A stretch of 64,000 bases of DNA from Candidatus Heimdallarchaeota archaeon (GTDB lineage: Archaea; Asgardarchaeota; Heimdallarchaeia; Hodarchaeales; Hodarchaeaceae), in NCBI GenBank assembly GCA_011364965.1, contig RDOB01000004.1, forward strand, positions 1 through 64,000. The letters are read 5' to 3'. Of this stretch, positions 19,238 to 29,508 are shown piece after piece; position 1 is the first letter of the stretch, and each line of letters starts with the position of its first letter. The notes beneath the pieces are model-generated. The model saw only the letters and a program-made list of their open reading frames with translations. It was not told the DNA's origin and did not search any database. The translations under genes were made by a program, and so were the position numbers.

Positions 19238-21541
19238 ATGTCTGATGAATCTATTAAACCCCTCTTCTTAAAAGTGGCCGAAGCAAACCAAGGTGACGTT
19301 GGAAGAGGACTAGTCCGTATTGATTACCAGATAATGCGAGAACACAATCTCGAGACTGGGGATATCGTCGAAATATCTACTGATAGAGCAGGTGGAAGAA
19401 AAACTGGGGCATTAGTAATCCCTGGGAGAAGAGAAGATCGGGGAAAAAGGATTATTCGAATGGATGGCCTAATTAGAGGTAATGTTGGAACATCTTTAGG
19501 GGAAACTGTGAAAATAAGACCAATAAAGAAAAAAAAGGCGAAGAGGATTACGATAGCTCCAGCAGAAGAACGAATAAGGTTACTGGTCCGCTCTGACATA
19601 ATTCGTGAACGTTTACAGAATCATCCTATATCACGTGGGGATCTATTAGTTATTACGGGTCAGATCCGTAAAGTTCCACCTTCTGGTGGCCCAAGTGGAA
19701 CTGGTATGGATGACTTCATTTCTCGGTTTTTTGGAGCATCAAGTCCTGTAAGTTTGGGTGAAATCAAAGTCGTAGTTGTATCAACAGAACCAGAGGGAAT
19801 TGTTACAGTTGGGGAAACTACAGAAGTCAACATCATCGAAGAAGCACCAAAAGATTTGCGCATGATGCCTCGTGTGACTTATGAGGACATTGGAGGACTT
19901 TCAGAGGAAATTAAAAGGGTAAGGGAAATGATCGAATTACCCATGAAACATCCAGAGTTATTTGAGCGTCTTGGCATTGAACCTCCAAAAGGAGTGCTTC
20001 TTCATGGACCTCCAGGAACAGGAAAAACATTACTTGCCAAAGCAGTCGCAAATGAATCAGGGGTGAATTTTGTTTCAATTGCTGGACCTGAAATTATGTC
20101 CAAATTTTATGGTGAAAGTGAACAAAGAATCCGTGAGATCTTCCAGCAATCAGAAAAAGAAGCACCTAGTATTATATTTATTGATGAGCTGGATTCAATA
20201 GCAGCCAAACGGGAAGAGGTAACTGGAGAAGTTGAGCGACGGGTGGTTGCGCAATTACTTGCATTAATGGATGGATTGAAAAGCCGAGGAAAAGTAATTG
20301 TAATTGGTGCAACAAACCGTCCAAACGCACTTGACCCTGCTCTGAGACGCCCTGGGAGATTTGATCGTGAAATTGAGATTGGAGTTCCTGATAGAAATGG
20401 ACGCTACGAAGTGCTCTTAGTGCATACACGGGGAATGCCTCTTGCTGACGATGTAGATTTAGAACAAATTGCAGCGATAACACATGGATTTGTTGGCGCA
20501 GACATAGCAGCATTAGCAAAAGAAGCAGCAATGCATACACTACGCAAAATTCTTCCTAAAATTGACTTTGATAAACCTTTGTCTCCAGAAATTTTGCTTA
20601 AATTAGTAGTTTCAGAGGAGAATTTTGAAGAAGCACTAAAAGTCACTGAACCGTCAGCTATGAGAGAGGTATTATTGGAAATTCCCAACGTGAGATGGGA
20701 GGATGTCGGGGGTCTTGATGATGTTAAACAAAAACTTATAGAAGCAGTCGAATGGCCAATAGCCAATCCAGAAATCTTTAAACGCCATGGAATTCGACCC
20801 CCTCATGGTATCCTATTGTATGGCCCGCCAGGGACAGGAAAAACATTATTAGCGAAAGCTGTAGCTACAGAGAGCCAAGCAAATTTTATTGCAATCAGGG
20901 GCCCTGAATTGCTTTCCAAATGGGTGGGAGAAAGTGAAAAAGCAATAAGAGAAGTGTTCCGAAAAGCCAAACAAGCTGCTCCATCCATCATCTTTCTAGA
21001 TGAACTTGATGCTATAGCTCCACGAAGAGGAGCATTTACTGGAGGAAGTCATGTGATGGAAAGTGTTGTTAATCAAATTTTGTCCTTAATAGATGGATTG
21101 GAAAACTTAAGAGATGTAGTCATTTTAGCAGCAAGTAACAGACCTGATATGATTGATCCAGCTTTACTACGGCCAGGCCGATTTGATAGAGTCCTTTTAG
21201 TTAAACCACCTGACACAGAATCAAGAGAAAAGATACTAAAAATCCATACAAAAGGAATGAAATTAGCAAAAAATGTAGATCTTCCCCAGCTGGCTAAAGA
21301 TTTAGAATGGTACGTTGGTGCTGATATTGAAGCCATCTGTCGTGAAGCAGTTATGACAGCACTTCGTGAAGATATCAACACTGATTTTATTACTATCGAT
21401 CATTTCAAAGAAGCTTCTAAGGCTATTCACCCGAGTACTAGTGAGGATATAATCAAAAAATTTGAGGAAATGGAAAGACAATTACTTGGAAAATCAGAAA
21501 TTGGGCGAAAGGATTTACTAGGGTTAAAAGATTACCTCTAA
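19238..21541 (+). CDS. cdc48: CDC48/VCP AAA+ ATPase
   Basis: N-domain plus two AAA modules (GPPGTGKT twice, IIFIDELD / [17 protein letters not shown] / ALLRPGRFD). Confidence 0.97.
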   Translation: MSDESIKPLFLKVAEANQGDVGRGLVRIDYQIMREHNLETGDIVEISTDRAGGRKTGALVIPGRREDRGKRIIRMDGLIRGNVGTSLGETVKIRPIKKKKAKRITIAPAEERIRLLVRSDIIRERLQNHPISRGDLLVITGQIRKVPPSGGPSGTGMDDFISRFFGASSPVSLGEIKVVVVSTEPEGIVTVGETTEVNIIEEAPKDLRMMPRVTYEDIGGLSEEIKRVREMIELPMKHPELFERLGIEPPKGVLLHGPPGTGKTLLAKAVANESGVNFVSIAGPEIMSKFYGESEQRIREIFQQSEKEAPSIIFIDELDSIAAKREEVTGEVERRVVAQLLALMDGLKSRGKVIVIGATNRPNALDPALRRPGRFDREIEIGVPDRNGRYEVLLVHTRGMPLADDVDLEQIAAITHGFVGADIAALAKEAAMHTLRKILPKIDFDKPLSPEILLKLVVSEENFEEALKVTEPSAMREVLLEIPNVRWEDVGGLDDVKQKLIEAVEWPIANPEIFKRHGIRPPHGILLYGPPGTGKTLLAKAVATESQANFIAIRGPELLSKWVGESEKAIREVFRKAKQAAPSIIFLDELDAIAPRRGAFTGGSHVMESVVNQILSLIDGLENLRDVVILAASNRPDMIDPALLRPGRFDRVLLVKPPDTESREKILKIHTKGMKLAKNVDLPQLAKDLEWYVGADIEAICREAVMTALREDINTDFITIDHFKEASKAIHPSTSEDIIKKFEEMERQLLGKSEIGRKDLLGLKDYL

Positions 21542-22473
21542 GGCGATTTATAGATATCTAGAGGCCATTGCTTTTGCATTAATTTTAATAAAATTCGAGA
21601 GTCAAATTGATCCATTTCTATCGGACTGGTAGAAGTTTTCATCAGTCTCTCCGCTATTAATTTTGCACGAACCACTGAATCTGAATATCCTATAATAAGT
21701 CCTATTACTAATGGATGATTCTTCACAACAACTAATTGTAAATCAGAGGCGGTTAACACTTCCATCCCTGTTGATTCTTTGTTCAACTCGCTCATTGTTT
21801 CATTAATGCCCTTATTCAGCTGATCAAGTACAGTTGTAGAGATATTTGTGAATTTAGTTGTGTAGATTTGATTCGTTTCAAGATCTATCAGTATTACAAC
21901 CCGAACTTTGCATTTAAAACGAGATTCTTCTCCAGCTATGACATCTGCTAACCAATCAAATGCATCATAAAAATTTTCACCAGTTTTAGCTGAAATCCTA
22001 AACAATCCGACTGGTCTTGCCGATCTTGCAGCTCTGGGGAGATCTAAGTCCTTAACGATCAAATCAAATGACCGTGAACCAGGGAGATCAATTTTATTGG
22101 CAATGAAAAGAACGGGAACCTTATCATTCTGCTGTATTGAGTTCCAAAATGCTTCTGATGCTTCTGATATTCTTATATCAGCACTATCAAGCACAAATAC
22201 TATTGCTGATGCCTTTTTTATTGAGTCATGCCAGAGAAGATTACGATAGATTTGTTGTCCACCCAAATCAACTAAATTAAATTCAATTTGTCTATAACGA
22301 ACGGTACGGTAATTCACTCCTAGAGTTCGTGTGGTAGGAATAAATTCAGAACGAAGTAAACGATTAACAATTGTGGTTTTCCCAGCACCATCAAGACCAA
22401 TAATTGCGATCTCGTATTTCTCGGATTCTTTTGCATGGAATATCCGCCGGAGGATGCTTGACACAGTTATCAC
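21538..22473 (-). CDS. Arf-like small GTPase fused to a C-terminal roadblock/longin-like domain
   Basis: GLDGAGKTT, TRTLG, DLGGQ, NKID, ISAK; N-terminal amphipathic SSILRRIF; about 125-aa alpha/beta C-terminal extension. Confidence 0.88.
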   Translation of the reverse strand: MITVSSILRRIFHAKESEKYEIAIIGLDGAGKTTIVNRLLRSEFIPTTRTLGVNYRTVRYRQIEFNLVDLGGQQIYRNLLWHDSIKKASAIVFVLDSADIRISEASEAFWNSIQQNDKVPVLFIANKIDLPGSRSFDLIVKDLDLPRAARSARPVGLFRISAKTGENFYDAFDWLADVIAGEESRFKCKVRVVILIDLETNQIYTTKFTNISTTVLDQLNKGINETMSELNKESTGMEVLTASDLQLVVVKNHPLVIGLIIGYSDSVVRAKLIAERLMKTSTSPIEMDQFDSRILLKLMQKQWPLDIYKSP

Positions 22474-22891
22474 CGAGTACCTGCAGTCTAAATTATATTC
22501 AAAAAATGATGAATGAGAAAATTACTGCAAAGATGGGACTTTTAATCTATTCAAGTAATTCATTGTCTTTGCTGATAAATCTTTACTAATATTAATTTTC
22601 TAATCTAGGCAAAATTTCAATTTTCAAACAATTTGAGTCCTCCACCATAGTTTTTTGAAAAAAAATATTGCAATTGGAGACAGTTTTGAAAACATCTATC
22701 AATTTTTTCTTTATAATACCAAATAAGATTTGAACTCCAAAATAAATACTTTTTAAGATCACACTGTGAACTTTGAATTTTTCTTAAGCAAAAAAAAGGG
22801 ATAATTTCTATAAACTCAGATTAACACATATGAAGAAATTTAATATCATTATGAGCAAGCTCAAAAAACTAAATCTTGGAGGCTATCCGTC

Positions 22892-23839
22892 TTGAATATA
22901 AGTTTTCCCGAAACGACAGAATATCATGACCTTAAAAATACAATGAATGAAATTAAAAATTTAAAAATACAAGGAGCGACAAATGTAGCGATATTTGGGG
23001 TCAGAGCGTTTGCTAAACACGCAACAACTGTTCCATTAAAAGATAAAGAATTACAAGCCCATTTAGAAACTGTTGTTGATGAATTAAGTAGTTTGAGAGT
23101 TACAGAGCCAGCACTTAGAAATGGATTAAGATATATTTTAACGGGGATTAGACTAGATGGAAAAGACAACGCGGAAATGCATGGCGAAAAATACATCAAT
23201 CTAATAAATGAAGCAAAGCATAAAATATTTCGGATTGGAGCGGAGAGAATTCGAGATGGGTCTGTCATGTTTACCCATTGCCATTCCTCAATTACAGTTG
23301 GTATATTCTTAGAAGCTGCAAAACAGGGAAAAGAATTCGAGGTTATTAACACAGAGACACGCCCTCTGTTTCAGGGTCGGAAAACGGCTAAAACATTACT
23401 TGAAAATAATATTAAGGTTATTCACATTGTTGACTCGGCGATGAGATGGGCAATGAATCGATTTAATCCCCATATGATCTTGCTAGGCGCCGATGCTATT
23501 ACAGTAGAGGGAGTAGCTCTCAATAAAATCGGTTCCCGTTTATGTGCTCTTGCGTCGGAAGAAGAGCATATTCCTCTCTATATATGTACGTCGTTGTTAA
23601 AATATGATCAAGCGACTAGTATAGGACGACTAAGTGAAATCGAAATGCGAGATCCATTTGAAATATGGGGTGAAGATGCCCCTGTTGGTATAAAAGTACT
23701 GAATCCGGCCTTTGAAACCATTGATAGAGGAAATATTTCAGCTTACATAACAGAGGCAGGATTGATCCCTCCACAAAGCATTCACATAACTTTTGAGCAA
23801 TTATATGGAAAGAAAATAAAAGATTATCATCATTGGTAA
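22892..23839 (+). CDS. Ribose-1,5-bisphosphate isomerase (eIF2B-like family)
   Basis: IQGA, THCHS (catalytic Cys), ETRP..QG, GADAI (catalytic Asp), NKIGS, NPAFE. Confidence 0.88.
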   Translation: MNISFPETTEYHDLKNTMNEIKNLKIQGATNVAIFGVRAFAKHATTVPLKDKELQAHLETVVDELSSLRVTEPALRNGLRYILTGIRLDGKDNAEMHGEKYINLINEAKHKIFRIGAERIRDGSVMFTHCHSSITVGIFLEAAKQGKEFEVINTETRPLFQGRKTAKTLLENNIKVIHIVDSAMRWAMNRFNPHMILLGADAITVEGVALNKIGSRLCALASEEEHIPLYICTSLLKYDQATSIGRLSEIEMRDPFEIWGEDAPVGIKVLNPAFETIDRGNISAYITEAGLIPPQSIHITFEQLYGKKIKDYHHW

Positions 23840-23852
23840 ATGTTTTCTCTAA

Positions 23853-24272
23853 TTAGCGGATATCAGGGCCATCACCTAAATAATAAGTATCATCTTGAAT
23901 GAAGCCTGCCTTCTCGAGTTCATCGCTTACAGATTTGAGAATAAGCTCTTCTTCTGACTCGTCATCCTCATAAGGCCATAACGTAAAGCCCACAATTATC
24001 TCGCAGCTATATGTTTCTTCATCATAGCTATCTAATTCTATTTTAAAAACTCGAGCGGTACCAACATATTCTTGATCTAAAGCTTTGGCTACCTCAATTA
24101 GATTAGCATCAACCTCTTCAAATGATAATTCATCTCCCTCCCGAAATATTCCATTAAAATCGTAATACCGCGTTATTGCTGAAGTTAAAGATTCAGGACT
24201 AGCCAAGTGAAAACACTTCCTAATTATTACTCTTTTTGTTTTGTTATTATTTATTTCTATAGAAGAATTCAT
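23853..24272 (-). CDS. Acidic hypothetical protein
   Basis: 139-aa ORF overlapping the end of nre; the true start may be slightly downstream. Confidence 0.6.
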   Translation of the reverse strand: MNSSIEINNNKTKRVIIRKCFHLASPESLTSAITRYYDFNGIFREGDELSFEEVDANLIEVAKALDQEYVGTARVFKIELDSYDEETYSCEIIVGFTLWPYEDDESEEELILKSVSDELEKAGFIQDDTYYLGDGPDIR

Positions 24273-25512
24273 TTAAGGTTTTTTGATTTAAGATTGGAGA
24301 TTTTCGTCTGTAATATTGCATGGGAATTGTTAAATTAGGACTAATGAAATCTAGTGCCGCGTTTAAATCCGTAAATGATCTAATGGGTTGCTTGAGAGCT
24401 TGTCGTACATTTTCTCTCACCTGCCAAACTCCCAACGGGATTGCATATCCTTTTCCCACCTCACGAATTGCCAGAACTGCAGCTTTTCTTTTTAATTTGA
24501 ATAACCTTTCAAGAACAGCTAATCTAGCAGCATAATATCCACCAACAGTATTTGAAGCATAAGTTTTTCTACCAAATGCACCTTCATAATCAGATGAAAT
24601 AGATGGAGTCTCTCCAGTCAAGTTCCAAGCGCTTTCTTGTTTCCAAGCTTCGTGATAATCAAAAAACCAATTTCTTTCTGGAAGGAATAATATCCAAAAA
24701 TCATTATCTAGATATGAATTGTAATAAATCGTGTAATCTTGAACCTCAGGAAAGTCTTTAATAATATTTCGGATATTATTTCCAATAGTATCATCCACAG
24801 CAGTTATACTCCATCGTGTAGGGACAAATTTTCGCCGTTTATTCGTTCCAAGTAACCCTGCTGAAAAAATTCTTGAGATCTGAGTCACAGATGATTTATC
24901 TGAATAAAGACTGTTGATTGCAGATGTTGCATGAAGATCTGTATCTGACACGATCCGTTCTATTTTGAAATTAATCTTTGGTGATGAAGCTAATTCTATT
25001 GAATCAATATTTACTCTTGCTCCCATTGGTTGAGTAAATTGGTTGAAACTAAGATTAAGTTGTGGTTTTTTGGAAAATTTTACTTCCAGATCAACTGGTG
25101 ATGATGCTTGAACCTGTTCTCGAGTAATTTCTAGTAATTTGGGAATTTTAGGGTCACTGATCCACTTGATATTAACTGGATCTCCCATAAAACGAAAAAG
25201 CTTTGCTCTAAGAGAAACAATTTCTTGAAGAGTCATTCCCGTTTTCCATAAGTCAGGTTCATCAATAATGGTAATATTATCCCAATCAATAGCCCCCATT
25301 GGCCCTATTCTAACGTCAGGATATCCATATCGGCCTACAAATAGACTTGGAGGACTTGGACCAAAATAACTACTTTTTAACTTCGGTAAAAGTTTCCTAA
25401 CTGGTATTAAAGCCTTAGTTCTGATTAGAATGGGGCAGTAAGTTAAACCACAAAGATATTTTCCTCCTTTACACCGCAAACAAAGCTTCTCATCAGTAGG
25501 AGCTTTAACCAT
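24247..25512 (-). CDS. nreA: Nre DNA-repair protein
   Basis: N-terminal C..CKG...CG...CP, SPPS.FVG..GYP, VPTRWSITAVD, GGYYAARL, PLGVWQVRE; C-terminal PIP box QKTLNEFF. Confidence 0.93.
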   Translation of the reverse strand: MVKAPTDEKLCLRCKGGKYLCGLTYCPILIRTKALIPVRKLLPKLKSSYFGPSPPSLFVGRYGYPDVRIGPMGAIDWDNITIIDEPDLWKTGMTLQEIVSLRAKLFRFMGDPVNIKWISDPKIPKLLEITREQVQASSPVDLEVKFSKKPQLNLSFNQFTQPMGARVNIDSIELASSPKINFKIERIVSDTDLHATSAINSLYSDKSSVTQISRIFSAGLLGTNKRRKFVPTRWSITAVDDTIGNNIRNIIKDFPEVQDYTIYYNSYLDNDFWILFLPERNWFFDYHEAWKQESAWNLTGETPSISSDYEGAFGRKTYASNTVGGYYAARLAVLERLFKLKRKAAVLAIREVGKGYAIPLGVWQVRENVRQALKQPIRSFTDLNAALDFISPNLTIPMQYYRRKSPILNQKTLNEFFYRNK

Positions 25513-25541
25513 TTTTCCACCTTTCGATCATGTAAAATTCT

Positions 25542-26930
25542 TCATTTTAGGAATTCAGTTAGCGCTTTATTAGAGCGCGAAGAATTAATCACTTTAACAT
25601 CTTTATAGTTTCCTCTCTGGCCAATTTCCAATGAACCATACTCACCATCATACCCATATGGCTTGAAGGTAAAGTTACCAGCTTTTACCTCTAATATTGC
25701 GCTAAGAATTGGCTCGGAGATTACCCCTTCCAATTTACTCCTTATTTCAGCTGAAGAAATTTGCCATAAGTGACTCTCTGGACCTAAAATTTCAACAATT
25801 TTTTGATAATGACTAATTATTGATTTAGATGTCTTTGTTTTGATAATCAATATATGTGAAAGAATATCAATTAATGGAACCATATGAATGAAATGTTGCT
25901 TAGGTTTAACATCAATCAGATTTCTATGGGCGCCTTGGGCTCGACCAATTTCAACGCATCTCTGAAAAACTCCTATAGTTAGAGATTTATGGCAAATAGG
26001 GCACCGATCGTTATCTGGAACATGTTGAGGGGAGAAAAAACAATATTCGTTCTCGTGATGCAGACCAGGTTTCTTTCTACCTCCTCGATGTCCTGTTAGG
26101 AAGAATCGTCCCTCTTCTGGGGGAAATTCAGCTGTAAATACAATTTTACCTTTTCTCAATGAGTCTAAAATGCTCGAATATGTTCTATCATGACAAGAAA
26201 TAACGGTAAATTCCCGTCCCATTCTATGCAACGAACTTGAATGAGCATCAGAGTTCGATATTAATATTTTATCATCGAGTTCAGGGATTAGCCCCAAGAA
26301 AACAGGATCAGCTGACAATCCTGTCTCAAAAATTTTTAACCGAGGACTAGCAGTTCCAAAAAATTTATCTAGTTTATTTATTCGGATGTTTGAACCAAAA
26401 ACTCCTTGTGGGGTCATTATATGGGCAGGAATCGCGTCAATTAGTGAATCGATGTCTAATATCGAATTTATTCGCTTACCAACCTCTCCAGGATCACCGC
26501 ATTTGATAAATGGACGTGCCATTTTCTTTTGCTTTACTTCCCACTTCTCCAATAGATCATTTAAGCTATCAATTGTGCTAAAATCTGGAAAAAGAAAAAC
26601 AACATGAACAATTTTGGATCTTTTCCCAATTGGGGCAGTAAAAATTAATTCTGTTTGTAACATAAAAGCGGGAGTGGATGATCCTTGAAATATATAAATC
26701 CCTGATTTCTCTTCAGTTAATTCTGATTTGAGAATTTCAGTCCATTGAGTAAATTGAGAATCTCCAGTTCCGATAACATCAATGCCTTTTAATGGCATTG
26801 TCTCTGTGATCTTTGTTAAATGCTCTAATGCTTTTTTACGATTGCTAGAAATCGTTTCAGGGCTAATCTTGAGAGATTGAGTTCCACCAGCAAATACTGA
26901 ATGTGAATGTAGATCCAATGCCAATTCCAA
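25542..26930 (-). CDS. Endonuclease Q family (PHP domain plus Zn finger)
   Basis: DLHSHS, KG...GTGD, PAHIMTP, ETGLSAD, SNSDAHS, GRE, CPIC...GV..R, GYDGEYG; PIP-like NKALTEFL at the C-terminus. Confidence 0.9.
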   Translation of the reverse strand: MELALDLHSHSVFAGGTQSLKISPETISSNRKKALEHLTKITETMPLKGIDVIGTGDSQFTQWTEILKSELTEEKSGIYIFQGSSTPAFMLQTELIFTAPIGKRSKIVHVVFLFPDFSTIDSLNDLLEKWEVKQKKMARPFIKCGDPGEVGKRINSILDIDSLIDAIPAHIMTPQGVFGSNIRINKLDKFFGTASPRLKIFETGLSADPVFLGLIPELDDKILISNSDAHSSSLHRMGREFTVISCHDRTYSSILDSLRKGKIVFTAEFPPEEGRFFLTGHRGGRKKPGLHHENEYCFFSPQHVPDNDRCPICHKSLTIGVFQRCVEIGRAQGAHRNLIDVKPKQHFIHMVPLIDILSHILIIKTKTSKSIISHYQKIVEILGPESHLWQISSAEIRSKLEGVISEPILSAILEVKAGNFTFKPYGYDGEYGSLEIGQRGNYKDVKVINSSRSNKALTEFLK

Positions 26931-26954
26931 TTTTAAAATTCCCTCATGATGAAA

Positions 26955-28247
26955 TTAGTGTTCTTCGATCCTTTCAGTGGATTTGTTTGACCGAAATTCA
27001 AGCATTTGTTCACTAACCAATTTTAATAATCCAACTCCTTTAGTTGACTCTCCAACCATAAATAAGAATGTATCCTCTTTCGAATTAACCCCCCATTTCA
27101 GAACTATAGAATTAGAACCATGCTGTGACAAAACTAATTGTACTAAATCAGAACGAAAGAGACGTGAGCTGGTTTGATTCATTAACATGAATATCTGACA
27201 TATAAAAGAATGTTTCCGAAAAACATGTGGAGAGGAACCCCTTAATGTATCAACTCTCTTTCCTCTTGCTCTTAGAATAGAGACATCAGTAACTATAGGA
27301 TGAAATGCATGAAATAACTGAAAACTATTAGAGATAAATTGATTCTCAAGGAATTTCTGGCTAAAATCAGAGAAAGTAGGAGAGGGACTGGGAAAATAAT
27401 CTGTATATGAAAAAGGTGTTTGCATCTTTAAATCCCATACAATCTCTCGAAAACTCCTAAAAAGACTTCCTAAGCGCCCTTTACTAGAGCTAAAAGCGAT
27501 AATAAAAATATTCTCAATGGAAATCAAATAAAATTGCTGTTTGTTAAATGTTCTTCCGTGGATTTCAATTGGTAGAACATCGAAAAATGCTCCGAACGAC
27601 TTTAATTCATCTTGATAATGTTGAAGAACGTTGGGAATGTCTTCTACTAAGGATATAATTTCAGGTGACAGAACGATGTTATGAACTGCACGAATAGTTC
27701 CATCTGAAATTAGCACGGTTTCTTGATCTGTACATATTTCACTGATTCGATTCTGAATAGTATTGTCTATTTTGGTCAATAATATTTTTTTTATATTATT
27801 AAAGAGAGTTTCAAGAGAGAAATTATCGTAATAATTAGTATTTTGATATTTTATTTCCGTTATAGCATCTTGCAGAATATTGCTAAAAGCTAAGGAATGC
27901 TGTAAGAGTTTATCTTGATGAGATCTCGGTATAAAAAGCATAAAACTTTCTATTCTGTTTTTTCCTCTCACGCTAGGATCTTCAATCGCAAATGAATGAA
28001 TTAAAACCCTCCCTTGAATTCCCGTGACGTTTATTGGGATAATAGCAGTATCAGGTTCTCCTGTGGGTTCACCAACTCCTATTGCCATAGTAAATAAGGT
28101 TGTTGTTATCCCTTGGAGGATAATCTTCGGAATGTCTAATCCATGTTCCATAGAAGATTTTAGTACTGGGCCTTGCTCGTCATGAAAACTAATGTGAGCT
28201 AAAAAGAATTGTACAGGAATTGAATCTCCATTTTGATGCAACTTCAT
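26955..28247 (-). CDS. uDENN/longin-like domain protein with additional roadblock-like domain(s)
   Basis: N-terminal LAHISFHDEQGPVL matches the F-x4-GP start of uDENN/longin folds; HSF.I.DP..RG motif; alpha/beta C-terminal domains. Confidence 0.6.
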   Translation of the reverse strand: MKLHQNGDSIPVQFFLAHISFHDEQGPVLKSSMEHGLDIPKIILQGITTTLFTMAIGVGEPTGEPDTAIIPINVTGIQGRVLIHSFAIEDPSVRGKNRIESFMLFIPRSHQDKLLQHSLAFSNILQDAITEIKYQNTNYYDNFSLETLFNNIKKILLTKIDNTIQNRISEICTDQETVLISDGTIRAVHNIVLSPEIISLVEDIPNVLQHYQDELKSFGAFFDVLPIEIHGRTFNKQQFYLISIENIFIIAFSSSKGRLGSLFRSFREIVWDLKMQTPFSYTDYFPSPSPTFSDFSQKFLENQFISNSFQLFHAFHPIVTDVSILRARGKRVDTLRGSSPHVFRKHSFICQIFMLMNQTSSRLFRSDLVQLVLSQHGSNSIVLKWGVNSKEDTFLFMVGESTKGVGLLKLVSEQMLEFRSNKSTERIEEH

Positions 28248-28331
28248 ATTATTATGCCTACAATATACTTCATCGATTTTTTTTCAAGTATTTTTTGTTT
28301 TTTAAATCAAAAATTCTGCTATGGAGGTATG

Positions 28332-28664
28332 TCAAGGTTTATCATCTTTCTTTTCCTTTTTTTTAATCAGAGATTCGACATCCTCCCATAATTTCTCTTG
28401 TTTAGTTTTCTTTTTTTGTTTCAGTTCATCTTCAATACCGAGGATATCTAGTGCCCATTGCCTCTCTTGTTCCCTCATTAATTTCTTTTTCTTTTGACGG
28501 TGTTCAGCAGCACCAATCCAAGTCTTTAAGGCGGCTTCTTGAATTCCACATTTAGTACATACATATAATTTTGCGTCTGGTCTCCAATAAAGTGTCCCCT
28601 GTTTACAGTTAGGACAAGGAATACGGGAGTCCCTGATCGTAGGATTGGACATTGTATTAATCAT
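28332..28664 (-). CDS. Zinc-ribbon protein with basic helical tail
   Basis: CPNC...CTKC followed by a Lys-rich helix; overlaps the upstream roadblock gene. Confidence 0.7.
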   Translation of the reverse strand: MINTMSNPTIRDSRIPCPNCKQGTLYWRPDAKLYVCTKCGIQEAALKTWIGAAEHRQKKKKLMREQERQWALDILGIEDELKQKKKTKQEKLWEDVESLIKKKEKKDDKP

Positions 28665-29154
28665 CCATAAGTAAGAGATGATCTAAATCTTGTTGATTTA
28701 TCTCGAGTTCAGACAGTTGTGTTTTAGATTTATCGATTTTAGGCCACTGCTGGAGAAGCTGAAGGATTGTATCAACAGCTGGTCCAATAATTAATTTTAA
28801 CAATTCAAGATCTACATAAGGATCAGTTAAAACCCCTAAAAATGCGATTTTTCCAATAGTTCTCAAAAAAATTTTATAATTTTGGCTTTCTGACGTAAAG
28901 GAGACCCATGGAGAACTCCCAATCTCCTGACCGATTGTAGTCATATTTGATTGAATTCCAGCTATTAGAGAACATAGAATAAGACTACTTTCCTTTCCTA
29001 ATGTTCCCTCTAAGTTGACTTCTTCAATTATTAACCCATCAGCATCAACACAGAAACAGGAATACATTCCGTCCAATGAATTTACGATGTCTTTGAGAAC
29101 CTGCCTTAAAGTGATGGAATGTCTTGCTGTATCATCTGAGAAGGACAACCACAT
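28657..29154 (-). CDS. Roadblock/LC7-domain protein
   Basis: L..I...DG...CVDADGLII...LGVLT....L..L pattern. Confidence 0.8.
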   Translation of the reverse strand: MWLSFSDDTARHSITLRQVLKDIVNSLDGMYSCFCVDADGLIIEEVNLEGTLGKESSLILCSLIAGIQSNMTTIGQEIGSSPWVSFTSESQNYKIFLRTIGKIAFLGVLTDPYVDLELLKLIIGPAVDTILQLLQQWPKIDKSKTQLSELEINQQDLDHLLLMDD

Positions 29155-29479
29155 ACACCAATGAATGATTTGTTTCTGAAAATAATTTATATTCCACTAT
29201 AGCTAGGGGGAACCAAGTGGGTCAAGATAAATTCGTAATTTATAAGTAATACATCTATTCTAGAATATTAGCATTACTATTAGTTTTCAAATCAGCAGAA
29301 TTTCCAGTATTGGAAAATTACCCCCTAGTGATTTCGCCAAAAATAGAGTACCTGATTTTTCTTAATCATTTGAGAAATTCGATTTAGGTGACTGAGATAA
29401 TTTATTTTCAATTTTAGTAAGAAGTAAGTCTTTCTGGTAAAGGAAATCTGGCCAAATATGTTAGCTTTAGATAATGTAA

Positions 29480-29489
29480 TTTATAAATA
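29480..29489 (+). promoter_or_regulatory. TATA box of the SRP RNA gene
   Basis: TTTATAAATA about 20-29 nt upstream of the predicted 5' end (29509), consistent with archaeal promoter spacing. Confidence 0.6.
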
Positions 29490-29508
29490 AATTCCCTTAG
29501 AGGCTCAT

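Noticed and set aside
19324-21381. Several antisense ORFs inside cdc48, and similar shadow ORFs inside other long genes
   Set aside because: They are opposite-strand or off-frame shadows of well-supported genes and have no motifs.
22892-23839. eIF2B subunit as a eukaryotic signature protein
   Set aside because: The THCHS and GADAI catalytic residues indicate ribose-1,5-bisphosphate isomerase.
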